From: Phoronis australis
Taxonomy: Eukaryota; Animalia; Phoronida
Length of the DNA stretch: 64,000 nt
Assembly (NCBI GenBank): GCA_002633005.1
Contig: NMRA01000119.1
Coordinates: 124,001 to 188,000, forward strand
Reading direction: 5' to 3'
The position numbers and the translations under genes were made by a program. This document shows, one piece after another, positions 24,362 through 36,900 of the stretch (positions are counted from its first letter, which is position 1; each line of letters begins with the position of its first letter). The notes below the pieces were generated by a model. The model was not told the origin of the DNA. It did not search any database and was given only the letters and a program-made list of their open reading frames with translations.

Positions 24362-25075
24362 GTTGTTGATGAAATTTCCAAGAGGTTTTGCCCATGTCAT
24401 AAATCTGAGACTCGTGTAAGGATTTGTTTTCTCACATGAACCGTAAAAACAATCTTTTTTGCTGAAAAACTCTGTTTTCTAAGACTTTCAACCACATGAC
24501 GCCACTTTTGTAAAAACACGCTTGCATAATGTAAAGTAAACTCAGTTGCTTTTTGTTAATAGTTTTATTTGAAACTTAACAATTGTATATTGCATTCAGC
24601 TTTCGTAACAAATATTCACGTTAGAAAAAAGGGTCTTTGAAGTTGTTATATTAAAAGTTAACAAATGTGTAAACAGTCAGCAGGGCTTCCCCGCTGGTGA
24701 GTACTGAATTGACCAAGACAGTCTCACTGCGTTTCTTGAGTTGGGCTTCATCTGTTTGAATAAACGTGGGTATGGAATTCGCCACCGAAGATGGGTTCGT
24801 ATAAGAAATTCTTTGCATGTCCTTCCGACTGGGAGTACGTACAGTTGCAGCAACTGATTTGTCAATCATAGCCTTGTTACCTTCATGGAATTCCGGCATT
24901 GTTTGGTTGCGGCGCATTTGGTTGGTTTAGTATTTTTCAGATGATAAAATGTAAGGCGTATGGATTTCTGCTTTGCCCTACTTTGTGATTCACCTAGTAT
25001 GTAATGTCAAAAAATTACGTACTCGGTCTTATTAACCAGTCGTGTTGTAACACATTCCAGGTCATGTGAGAAAAT
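24362..25075 (-). repeat. Interspersed repeat family X, copy 2, inserted in the LINE
   Basis: Reverse complement of 5188-6285. It interrupts LINE coding sequence just upstream of LVDEQNGF. Confidence 0.8.
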
Positions 25076-25721
25076 AGAATTTTGGGTTTCTGTGATCAGA
25101 ACAATAATTTAGTTGACGAGCAAAATGGTTTTCGAAACCAACGGTCTTGTATTGATCACTTATATGTCCTGTCATCAGCTATTCAAACAAGAAAGTCGTC
25201 TAACCTTTCTACATTTGTGTCATTTGTGGACATGAAAAAAGCTTTTGACCGGGCAAACCATGAACTTCTGTTTTATAAATTACTGCAAAATAATATTAAT
25301 TGTAGAATGTATGATGCTGTATTTATGGTTTACAGAAATTCATTAAACTGTATCCGATTAAATGGTACTCTATATATTGGCTGGTTCACTCCTGTCCATC
25401 AGGGAGATGTTTTATCACCGACACTCTTTGCCTTATATTTAAATGATTTAGCTCTGGAAATTAAAAAATTGAAGAAAGGTGTCAAATGTGGCCCGAACAA
25501 TGTTTCAGTGCTTCTTTATGCCGATGATATTGCACTTTTGTGTGAGAATGAAAATGACATGCAAGAGATGTTGAAGGTTTTAAACAACTGGTGTAAAAAG
25601 TGGAGAATGGCTGTAAACATGGCAAAAACTAACGTTGTCCATTTTCGAGCTAAGTCTATGTGTAGAAGCAATTTGAATTTATTTTAAACAGTGTCATTAG
25701 TTATAAATCCTCATGCAAATA

Positions 25722-25851
25722 TTTAGGCTGTATTCTGGATCAACACCTTTAGGCTGTATTCTGGATCAACACCTTTAGGCTGTATTCTGGATCAACACCT
25801 TTAGGCTGTATTCTGGATCAACACCTTTAGGCTGTATTCTGGATCAACACC
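25722..25851. repeat. 26-bp minisatellite, 5 perfect copies, inside the LINE RT
   Basis: Unit tttaggctgtattctggatcaacacc at 25722, 25748, 25774, 25800 and 25826. Confidence 0.97.
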
Positions 25852-27596
25852 TTTATCTTCAAAGAAAATTTGAATACGTTGTCTGAAGCTTCTGGTAGAG
25901 TGTTCAGGAAGATATGGTCAACATTCCGTGTTAACAGGAGTCTATGATTCGAAACATTTAAAACATTATTTAATTAGTTTGTGGTTCCAATTTTGTATTA
26001 CGGGTCATTTGTTTGGGTTACAAAAATTTTGGTATTGTTGAAAATATTCAAAACAGAGCTGTGCCTTTTTGTCTAGGAGTCAACCCCTCATGCTGTTAGT
26101 GGTGACATGGGGTGCGACTCAACCGGAAACGGATTTAAATTGAACATGTTGCGTCTTTGGAACAAATTAGTGACCACAAGTTGTGATAGGTTACTGAAAA
26201 AGGTATTTCTATGGGATTACTCTGTTGGTAGAAATGGTTGAATAGACGATATCAAAATTTGTTTAACATACCAGTAATTCATATTCAATCCCGTTTTCAA
26301 AGTTTGGCTACTTGTAACATAGTAGATGCTAAAAGCAAACTATTTGAATATTCGAAACATGTTTGGGCTGTTGAGTCTGTTGTAACAAAACCTAGGTTCA
26401 GAACCTACATTTTATTTAAACAAGAATTTTTAACTGAACCGTAAGTGAAGCTTCATTTATGTCGTTCTGAGCGACCTCTTTTGGCTCGGTTTAGAGCAGG
26501 AAATATCCCATGATTGCACTTGGAAACTTGCCATTATGTAAACACTCCTGTAAGTGAAAGACTTTGCTTGTGTTGTGACATGGATTCCTTGAAGGATGAG
26601 ATGCATTATGTGTTTGGTTGTTTTCTTTATAACTCAAGCATATTTCACTTCAACACCTGAACTCTGCAGATTTCAGAACATTAGATATGTTAAAACTGCT
26701 GTTTCAGTATTTCCCTAGGCAATTCGCCAAATGTATCAAGTCCGCTTCTGAACTTCGAAACCATGGCATTTGTGGTACATCTGAGTTGTGTGGTTGAAGT
26801 GACTAATTTTAGCCCACATGGGCTGGGTACTTATTTTTTTCTTACGAATGGTATCACAAACGTATAACTGTTCGAAGAAATTGTACTTGTCACTATAATA
26901 AATAAATACAATAAATACAACATGTATCAAACTAATGAAATGTCAATGGTGACCGTTATAATTCATCCTCATTTGCCAAAGTTACGATGATAAAAACAAT
27001 GGATTTAAATTGGCATGACATGTCCGCAAGAAAATCCACTGAATGAATGGCCCAATGACTAGTAAGAGACTGGTTCCTAATTTAGGGTGATGACCTTTTG
27101 TCCTGAAGAAATGATTCATCCAGTATTAACCTGTGCTAAGTATGTGTTTTACAATGGACATGTAATCTCAGTTCCTCACTCACTGTATTGCTTATTATAT
27201 GGCTGCAAATACAAGCCGTATTGTCCCCTTCCATGCAGCTAATTTGGTCAAGCCAAAACTGCGAAATTCCGAACTGGAATAGCTCAATTGTGTGGTGAAT
27301 CTGACTCCCTATTTATGCTGTCCACACTAATTGCTTTAAAATTTGCTTGGTATTCAAATGGATTTAGAGTCTCTCCCGAAACAGAATTCTGATGAAATCG
27401 ATGAAGTATTCAGATTATGTGTTTAATCTCGACAAAAATACTTTAGTCATTATTGTTTTCAAAGAATGTAAACAGCACGCAATACTCAAAAATGCTGATC
27501 TCTGCGTGTACCTAAATGAAGGTACGCCTGCCATGGTCCCAATCATTAAGTGGAAGTTGGTCACACTTTCAGTCAAATATTTCTATTTCATGCCAC

Positions 27597-27668
27597 GGGG
27601 TAAACTTCTCAACTTGTTGTTGGGCTATAGAATCGAACAAGTTGGGAGCAACGGGATGTCGCCGTCAT
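27597..27668 (+). repeat. Family Y terminal fragment (copy 3)
   Basis: ggggtaaacttctcaacttgttgttgggctatagaatcgaacaagttgggagcaacgggatgtcgccg, near-identical to 4319-4386. Confidence 0.8.
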
Positions 27669-30014
27669 GTGTTGTCTTTATTCAGACTTCAGTTATAGAA
27701 ATTTTACTTTTTGTTGTTTCGTGATTTATGTACAATGCAAACCATGCTAGTCATAGTCGACTAAAATTGGTTTATGCTTTATCTTTGTAGTCGGAATTTG
27801 ACAAAATTATTGAAATTTTGCTTATTGTGTTCTAAACCCGTCATGAATTACTGTAGGTTGTCTCTGGGGTAACAGGTAGGCTGACCCACAAAGGTGAGAT
27901 ATATTTACACAGGGATAAACACTAACATTATTGTAGTCTAGTTTACAAAAGTTTAATTGTAAACTTTTCTAGGCACCATGAAATCATTACCTATTCAGTA
28001 TCTTGTGAGACACAACATAGAACTAAGGGCATCTTATTGTTAACATAAGGCCAAAAGAATTTCTTGATGGGGGTTGTTTCAAATGGAATTTGTATGCCCC
28101 TGTGCAATTCCTTATCATGGTGACTACAGAATATTAAATGGCATTGGTAACCCACTCAACTGCTTATCTGCTACTCTGGTGGTGTTACAACTATTTTGAT
28201 AAGGCAATCCATTGTTGGTCAATTACATTTTCCTGTTCGTTGCTGAAAAACTAATGAGTGGAAACGACAAAGAATGTTTCTTTTAATCTGGTATAAGCTT
28301 TACTACCGGTATATGTTTTTGTTATACTCTACTATATGTATTTATCTCTTAACTATCTTGGCCTTTTTCTGTCTAAAGATTGTATGACCTGGTTTACATG
28401 CGTTTGACACAAGGTGGGGTTTGTGACTGATATTAACTACGCATGATTTATGTGTTCAGGAGTACTAGTAGTCCACTGTGTGTCACTGCATGGTGCCACA
28501 CCAATTAGTTTTTTTAATTTGGAGCAATCGCCTAGTTTGTATACTGTCTTAAAGCTGTATGGAGTTCTGCTTCAGTGATATTTTTATATTACCTTGGAAT
28601 ATCCTATTTCACACAATAATGAGTTTCGATTGGTTTGATTTAATTGTGCAACGTGTCAAATGAAAGCGCTTTGATGGAGCAACATTGGGCAAAATCGGCT
28701 GAAGAAGGGAGTATTGTGGCAATTAAAGGCAGCAGCGTTGTCAACAACAACGACCATGACATCAACGAAGATGCAAAAGACAATCTCAAAGGCCACGATG
28801 CCCCACCGCGGACGCTGTCAACAACACTGAAAATGCCAGCACCAACGCCAAAAATGATACTTCCAAAGATGATGATATGCCATGTTCAGCACTGTTGACA
28901 ATGTTAATGCACAGACATGTTGTGCAAATCCACAAACCTTGATGACGTCAGTGACGTGAAACCACCGACGCATCTGGTACATCCAACTATTGGTACGCCA
29001 TTGACTTTTGGACCATGTCTCAAGACACCCATGACTCTGGCTTTATGCCGTTGACGTTGCTGACACCAATGATGACACTGAAAACAGTAACATCACCATC
29101 ATCATTGTTATCGTCATCATTATTATCATCATCATCCTCATCATCATCAAACATTGATGACAAATTTGATAAGCCGGGAAACAAAGGCTTAATGCACAAC
29201 AGGGTCAACTGACAAGTATAAGGGAACGATGATCAGCCCATAGATACAAACTGCAGCACTTGTGCGAAGCAGTTGGTGAGGTTTATCCATATATCAATTT
29301 TTATCAAGGTCTGTCAAACAATGCCGACGACACTGTTAAGAAGAATTCTTAGACAATTACTGTTACCGGCAGCGCCTCCTTATGTATGATCCAAATAAAA
29401 TGCAAGCCTTTGGGAATTAATAAGAAGCTGTATTTTATGTATAGACGTCAAGTCAATCAAACAAAAATGTGTCATGCAAAAGACTCTGGTATCCATGTTG
29501 TTCTTATCCCTGTGACAACTCAGTACTGCACGTCTGCCAGTGTGCCATTGTCAAACCCTAGTCACCTGTGAGTCACGACCATCTTGAGATTGGTGAGTCA
29601 TTGTGACTGATGGCACATTACAGGTAGCCCTTGATCAGCTCCACCTATTGACAAAAACAAAATTCGAGTAGAATCGTGCTAAATATTGTAGAGCTGGAGT
29701 TCCGCAAAACAAAAAATATCGAAGAATCGCTGTCAAAGCACCATCTAGTGTTCAGTTTCAATCAAAGATGAAAGTCCTCGAGTTATTGATGAGTTGGATG
29801 TTATTTGTAAATTTCATGTTAACCGGTCATGCTAATAACAGGAATGGTTATAATGTGTGTGTTGTTCTTGTGATCTGAGACATCTCATTTTGCTTATGTC
29901 CAAGAAATGTACCATTGCGTGACCTTAGCCACCATTAAATCTCAAATAACTCATGAAAAGGTAAGGCGGAGCGAGAAACCTTTGTAGACTTCTAGCACGT
30001 GACGAGATCATGTA

Positions 30015-30236
30015 TATTATTACAAGCGGTCTGGTATATGTTGTATCAGACGTGCGCAGGCCACTCAGCATGGGCCAAATTTGCACTGATCACCTGGAAC
30101 CATTTTTATGCTGTATTATTAATTGAAACGGAGGTTAGCTGAGGAGGGTCTAGCAGCATGCCCCAGTGGGACTCGAACCCACGACCTTGACTAAAGGAAC
30201 CAGTCACTTATTCCTCTAAGGGCCACACTGCATCCC
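30015..30236 (-). mobile_element. tRNA-derived SINE
   Basis: Minus strand has a degenerate tRNA-like head with box B GGTTCGAGTCCC, a body and an AAT tail. The 3' half recurs at 40443-40536 (+). Confidence 0.75.
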
Positions 30237-30906
30237 CGAGAACTCGAGTCACATAGCAAATTTCCGGCAGATTTGTCAACTAACGTGGGAGCTACAGCAA
30301 GAGAAGTCTGTCAATAAAAAGCCGTCATCAGAAAATCTCCAATAACTGTAGAATAATTGGTTGTAGTGAGAAACAGGTGCCACATCCCAGATAGCCAGGA
30401 AAAAGCCTATTTACACACCAAATTTCAGAAGTATCGCATGACCAGAGGTCCGATAAAAAAATGGCCACATCAGCTTCACCTTTGGTCTGATTTCACCCCA
30501 AAACACTAGTCTTGAGTGACACATTGCATGGGAATTAATTTCTATCAGACGAAAAGTAACTTGTGGGCTATAGTAGGTATACAAACCTACAAAAAATACG
30601 CGGCAAAGCAACATACTTAGAGAAATTTTATTTTGTCAAGTAAAAATTGGGTAATGAAGTAAAGCCGCTTAATGTTTTCTTCTCTTCTATGGTCCAAATG
30701 GAGCACGCAGTTGATATTTTTCCCCAACATGAACAGCTTCTGTCTTGTTTTATCTTGCTTTATAGTCCAGTTGGCCAGAATTTTGACATACCATAGCCGA
30801 ACTCAGCTTTAATAACTAGTGTCATTGGAAAGAAATCTATTGTTTGAAATGTCACTAACAAACCTTCATTCATTTCAGCCAGCACAGTGCTGGACTTGCC
30901 CAAGTC

Positions 30907-30991
30907 ATGGCTGAGGACGCAACAGATATCGATATCGAATTCCCTGACCAACAGGACAGCAGCACCACCTGGCAAGAATCTGGTCTTGAAG
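30907..30991 (+). CDS. LRRK1-like: LRRK-like coding exon 1 (putative ATG)
   Basis: Acceptor tttcag at 30878, then MAEDATDIDIEFPDQQDSSTTWQESGLE(E)|gtaggc. Phase 1 fits the next exon. The frame is open upstream of the ATG, so an earlier start is possible. Confidence 0.7.
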
Positions 30992-33900
30992 GTAGGCATT
31001 TAGTGGCTACATTGTTACTGATCATGCGAAATGGGGGTGTTTTCGGTAATTCATGTTTTATAAGAGTTTGGCACAATTACGCAGAAGCTAACAAGATATC
31101 ACCATGCATTTAAAGCAAAGGATGTAACTTTGGAAGTTTTTACTTGCGAGAACAAGGCCCAGGTGACATTGAACCATTTTGAGATTAATGCTTAGGTTAA
31201 GATTTATTTTTGTTGTAAATTTCAGCATTAGTTTTATATTTATTTTCATGTCAACGGTTTTTATGCTGTATTTGCAAAGTGTCTGTGTTAACATTTATCA
31301 TTGTTTTTTGACGCTAATGGTGTGTCCGGCAAATTTTATTTAAACATTACCCCCTCTATTGAAATTACTCACCCCATTCATTGCTATTTACCTTACAGAG
31401 ACTGTAATCCTATTGGATGAAGCTATCCGGAATGGGGACCAGGAAGCAGTTCAGAGGATTCTTAGGGACAACTTTGACTGCCTCCATGTGCTCTTCGATT
31501 CAAACAAAAATGGCCAACATTACTTCCTGCACGACGCCTGTCGCCATGATCAAGAAGAAATTGTTTTATTGTTTCTCCATTTCGACAATTCATCATTGTA
31601 TGTTGTGTCACCTGAGGTAAGTTGAAGTTTCACATAATTTGTATTGTCTTCAGGTCCATGCAGTGATGGGCAAATTAAACACTACATGTAACTTCAAAGG
31701 TTATTATGTGGTTCTTAAATACTGATTGAGCTTTGATGCATGCATATTTTGACCAGTAGCTAGAGACATGGACTGGATCGTTTTCACAGCAGTTTGTGTT
31801 CAGAGCTGTACTCTTCCCATCTGGTTTTCAAGGAAAAACTCAAAAAAAACAATTCACAGCCCTCGACCAAGTTTTCCGTATACGAATACAATAATGCATT
31901 TCGGAATCCTAATGGATCTTGTGAAAGCTTCGTGTTAGCTGTGTGCTCAACTAACTTTTTCTTGAGGCAGCCAGCTGAGTTCATAGCTTTCCCTGCCTCC
32001 TTCCCTCCATCCCTTCCCCTCTTTCCACCACCTCTCTCTGTCTTGGGGATGGATTTTATTCGGGGATTTCTGAAGGAACCCATCTTGGGCTTGGACATTG
32101 TATAACTTGTCAGCATAGTGGCTTTGAATTTTGTGGTAGGACGTTGTAAATCCTTGTAGTTCTTTACAAACCCTGCTTTTAGTAGTACAAATGTCCCAGT
32201 TTGCCTATTTGTTAAAATGTTATGGTCCTGACTGAGAAGGTAATTGTAATATTACCCTCTATTGGTTTAATTAGCCAAGCCCATAACATGTGTCACCCCA
32301 TGGAGGCTCTTTTAGAAACTAAGTTCAATAAAAGCTCCTACGGGGGCTCATTCTGGATTGTCTTGCAAGTTTGGTATAAGAGGAAAATGTGAGCTAAACG
32401 TCAATATTTACAAAATTTTTGATCTTTGAAAGGATTATTAAATACTTGAAATTGATTGCTTGTCAATAGAAGTGTCGTCATTGAAACTCATTTCTCTCAT
32501 AACATATCTGAACATGGCTGAGGATGCTCCAGATGGCAATACAATAAAAGAGCCCAACTTTCCTGGGATAGTAAAGCGGTCGCTTGCTGAGAGGGCTGAC
32601 CCTCATGCACCCCATGGACTCAAAGCCACTTGGATAAAATGACAGTTTCCAAAAGAGCCACGAGAAAGCTTTTTCAGAAATCCTTGTTTGGTATTACATT
32701 CGATTATTATCTGGAAGGGAGTTGATCATGCAGGTTTTTTCTTCCGATTCACTCAGACAACTACAGGTGCACAATATTTTCACACACTGAGCATGTCGCT
32801 ATTATTCCTGCAACAGAAGAATAAGACATAAGTACCACTATGCAATACTATTTTATTCATTTGTCTTGTAATGCAGTTACATGTTATTCATCAGGTCTTT
32901 CAAACATGGTTCAGGGATATTAAGTGGCTCAGAGCTTTTCAAGCATGGCTTAATATTTCCAAACATGAGTCAGAATTTTTCACTCATGGTGCAGAATCAT
33001 GTGTGAGTACATATAGTGAGAAATTTGTGTTGAGATGAGTACTTGATGTGCTTTTTGAGCATATCTCAAGTGTTATAACTCTTTTATTTCAGGTGAAATA
33101 CGGTAATAAGCCTTTGACTTTTAATTAATGACAATTTCACTCAAATGTCTTGTTAATATATTCATTTTTTTCTTCTCAATGTTTTCTATTTGTATTGTAC
33201 TATGTTTTGCTGTGCTTGCTTGTCCACATGGTACCAGGTTACATTTTTATCGCATTTATTGTTTTTTGTTTATTTTTTAGGGCTCACCACTTGCCCTGGC
33301 TTGCAAGTATGGGCGTGTTAGGGTAGTTGAAACATTGCTGCAGTACTATGATCAATCGAAACTCCCCCTAGTGGATGATGCCACCAGCCAGTATTCACCA
33401 TTTTATTTGGCCACTTACCATGGACATGCTAGATGTTTACAGCTTCTGCTTTTTGCTTTAGGTAAGGATGGAAGTGTTGTTTGTGTTGTTTCACGCGAGT
33501 GCAGTAAAAGATCACCAATTTGAGGCTAAAATAATTGCCAAAATTTCTGTTTTTTCATTTTCAGTGTCTCTTAACAGTGTGAATTGCCGCAGTTTTTTCA
33601 ATATATTGTCCGTCGGTGGGTATGGTAAAGAACTTGAACATGCCATAGCATCATTTTGCAGAGTGTCTTTTATTAAAAAAATGAGAAAATAAACTGGTGA
33701 GATTTTACCATAAAGCCTTTTTCGAATCAAATTGCACAGCGCTTTCTGAGAAGTAAGTTGTCAGTTGTGTGGTGTTACAGAACACAGCAGCTGAAGTGCG
33801 TGGTTATCATTAGCTGACCTATTTCAGCCGTGAATTTTGTAGGTGCTGATACAATTTTTCATGAATCTCCGAAAAGTGTGCCTTTGGCATCGCACATGGG

Positions 33901-36900
33901 AAATTGGAATACCGTTTTGAACTATTATGTGACACATGGTTATTTTACCTTTTAAGTTTACGCTGTAGTAATTCGTACACCATTTATAAAACAGCTCATA
34001 TATCTCTAATGGTTCGCACAGTAGATGTCTGAAGGTAAAAACGTTTGTGTACACATATTTGCATTCAATTGGTGAAAAAAAATGTTCACGTTTGTTAAAT
34101 TGTTAAAACTGTGTAAAGGTGACATCATGTGCTTTCCATTAAAAGGTCAGTTACGGATAAATAGTTGCTGTTTTTTCAGCATTATCCTCAAAATAGTTTA
34201 CTCAGAACATGTGTGATTACTTCATTATCAATAAAAATGAGATACTGTATAAACAATGAATAATTTTTTTCTTTGAGTTGTTTTTGTTATGAAATTCTGA
34301 ACTATTAATATATAATTTCACTGTTTTTTCTTATTGTCCTCTAAACTGAAGAAGTTTGTATGTTCAAGCAAAGTTATACCGTCTTCTTGTTGTATGTTAA
34401 GTTTATATTGAGAAACCTTATCACCAAGTATATGCATTAATCATGCTTCTGCTAAACATGGATAAAATTTAACCGTCTGATAACATGTTTTCTGAAACTT
34501 AAATGTGTCTGAAATTTGATTTTGGACCCAGTATGAAATATGCTTAATTAAGCCATTTGAGCTTGCTTTTTCAGTAAAATTGAGTAATGGAGAGGGGTAC
34601 GTTAATTTTGTAGGAAAAAACAATGCCAGTTAGTTACGTCCAGCATTAAAGTCTCAAAAACAGTCAGCATTTCAGTCTTACGAAACTGCAGAGTTGTTCT
34701 TGAGAATTATAGAAGCCTCAATTTTCAACAGCACCTTGTAGAGAATTGACACATTTATTTTATAGTTCCTTTCTGTTGGCATTATGGAGTACAGTGCATA
34801 TCATTTTCATCTGAAAGGGCCATGTCTATGATATCATGCTTCAAAATAGACAAGTTTGACATGTCTTCTAAATGTGTTCTTATAACAATTACTGTATTTT
34901 CTTTTCAGTCTACTTTGAAGTGTATGAATTTCTTTAGAATGAGTGACTTTCATATGACGTTAAGCTGCGATGTGTTGTAGATGCTCGTAAAATTGAATGT
35001 GATGAAGTCATGCGCAGTTTCCTGCTCTATGTTGCCTGCTGCGGCGGCCACCTTGTCACAGTACAGTTCTGGTTAACGGACGACATTGATGTGAACATGC
35101 CCGCTCAGATGGTGCCAGCAAAGGAGGAAAATGTGACCTTCATGACGCCATTGTATGGTGCCTGCTCAGGTAAGTGGTCATGAGACTCACAGTATGATTG
35201 TTCAGCTGCAGCTTGTCCTTAGTCGTGTACAGCACTTCATGACATCACGGGAGGTGATTACTTGTGATATTTAGTGGTTACCTGTGTCCACATAAAGAAA
35301 TGACCATTTTTATTGGATGTATAGAGGTGACGTAATGAAATAGGTTCTTTTTCACGTGGTCTAAGTGTTTGTGGAATAGTTTCCGGTGCCATCTACTGTT
35401 CACTTTAGACTTGGATGTGAATCTTTGTTAAAGTATTCAAACAATTCGTACAAGAAAGACAGTGTCACAAATTGTCTGTAATTGAAAGAAATTGCGTTTT
35501 GCATGGGCTTAAGTGTTGTGTGTTTGTTGTCTGGTATTGATGAAGTATCTGCAGTGGTTGTAACGTTTTGAGTACAGTCGAAAATAGTTACAGCTTTGTC
35601 TGTATCATCCTGCAACTGCGACTCTCACCAGGTTACATTAACCAGTTGCCCATTCTGTGGACGCAATGTATTCGCGATCTCAAGTCTTTGTGAGATATCA
35701 TGGTGCATTACAAGCGAGACACATGATCACACTAGCTGTACTCGCAATATACGTTCGTCTATGAAACTCAGCCCCTGTGTAAGGCTGTTGTTGGGTGCGG
35801 TGTGGTCAATAGGATGCCTGCATGCACACAACACATGGTCCACTATCTTGTCTATAGAGCAAAGACTGAATGTAATCGAATTCCTCATCTGCAATGGGTC
35901 AATGGTGAAAGACCACCTTGTGAAGAAGTTTCCAAAGCTGCTGCTGTCTGTCATGAGTCGTTTCATCCGCACCGTTCACTGCGAGCCGGAGAAGGAGGGT
36001 CAAGAGGTCAGCGTGGTGAGTATTGCCATTCTGTTTTCGAACGGATTTGATGGATTTTCTGCCACCTTGTGGCCATTTCTGTTCTTTTTGCATCCGTTTT
36101 TCTGCCATACCGCTCAAAGGATCGTTATGAAAATTTACAAATATGTTCCTGATGAGAAGGTCACGACTTACGTTGACTTTCGTATAGGTTTGACTACTGT
36201 GTCGTCCCCTAGTAGATTTTGTTTTTTCTTTGCGTTTGAGGCTGAATCTCCTTAATTTTTTGAAGGAGCTTTGTGAAATTTGAAAGTTTTATTCCTGTGG
36301 AGCCGATGACAAATGGTAACAAGTGTTGAACTGATCCAAATGACTGTGCCCCCTAGTTGAATTTTTTTTTTACGTTTGCCTATCTTCGGAGTTCATTAGT
36401 GTATATTAGTGTACCGTATGAAATTTGGCGAATAGGTTTCTATTAAGGAGACGGCAATGCCCTCTAATTTTTGGACAGATTTGATGTTAAAATTCTGCAC
36501 CGCTTGGTGGCCATTTTTTGTTATTTTGTGCCATCTTTCTGCATGGTGTCCACCTCCCTATAAGGATGGCAACAAATGACGAGTTTCATACCAATTGAGC
36601 TATAGCTGTGGCCCTGTTTTTACGTTTGTCTCTATATCTTAGGAATTCCTTGGCTTATTTGCATGACATTTGGCAAATATTTGTGTATTACAGAGACATC
36701 CCCAACTTCATAATTCGGATGAATTGGACGATTCTGCACCATCTAATGGCCATCTTTATGATACTAAAAACACCCACAGAAGCACACTGTTTGTGGTGGT
36801 GCCGTGGTTGCATTTCAATGCTCCACGTTGCTCTTATTAGTAATGTAGTGAGCAGTGAAAATTTCTGCAAAATTATTGCTTTTGTTTGTTTTTGGAGAAA

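Larger units (their letters stand above)
23100..26925 (+). mobile_element. Decayed non-LTR retrotransposon (CR1/L2 group; APE, RT and C-terminal CCHC)
   Basis: APE start AHWNINGW; RT LVDEQNGFR, FVDMKKAFD, QGDVLSPTLFALYLNDL, LLYADD, KYLG; C-terminal ERLCLCC..DEMHYVFGC; AATA-rich tail. Many stops, and interrupted by family X. Confidence 0.9.

Noticed and set aside
25722-25851. CRISPR-like array of 26-bp repeats
   Set aside because: Units are head-to-tail with no spacers, derive from LINE RT sequence, and there are no cas genes in this eukaryotic context.
28644-29212. ORFs with Asp/Asn/Ser runs as extra LRRK 5' exons
   Set aside because: Low-complexity decayed trinucleotide sequence with no convincing splice sites or domain.
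30160-30236. Functional tRNA gene
   Set aside because: The D-arm and anticodon arm are degenerate, and it continues into a repeated body and tail, so it is a SINE head.
35596-36255. 219-aa single-exon protein
   Set aside because: Only 35858-36015 fits the LRRK frame and splice sites. The rest is intronic read-through.
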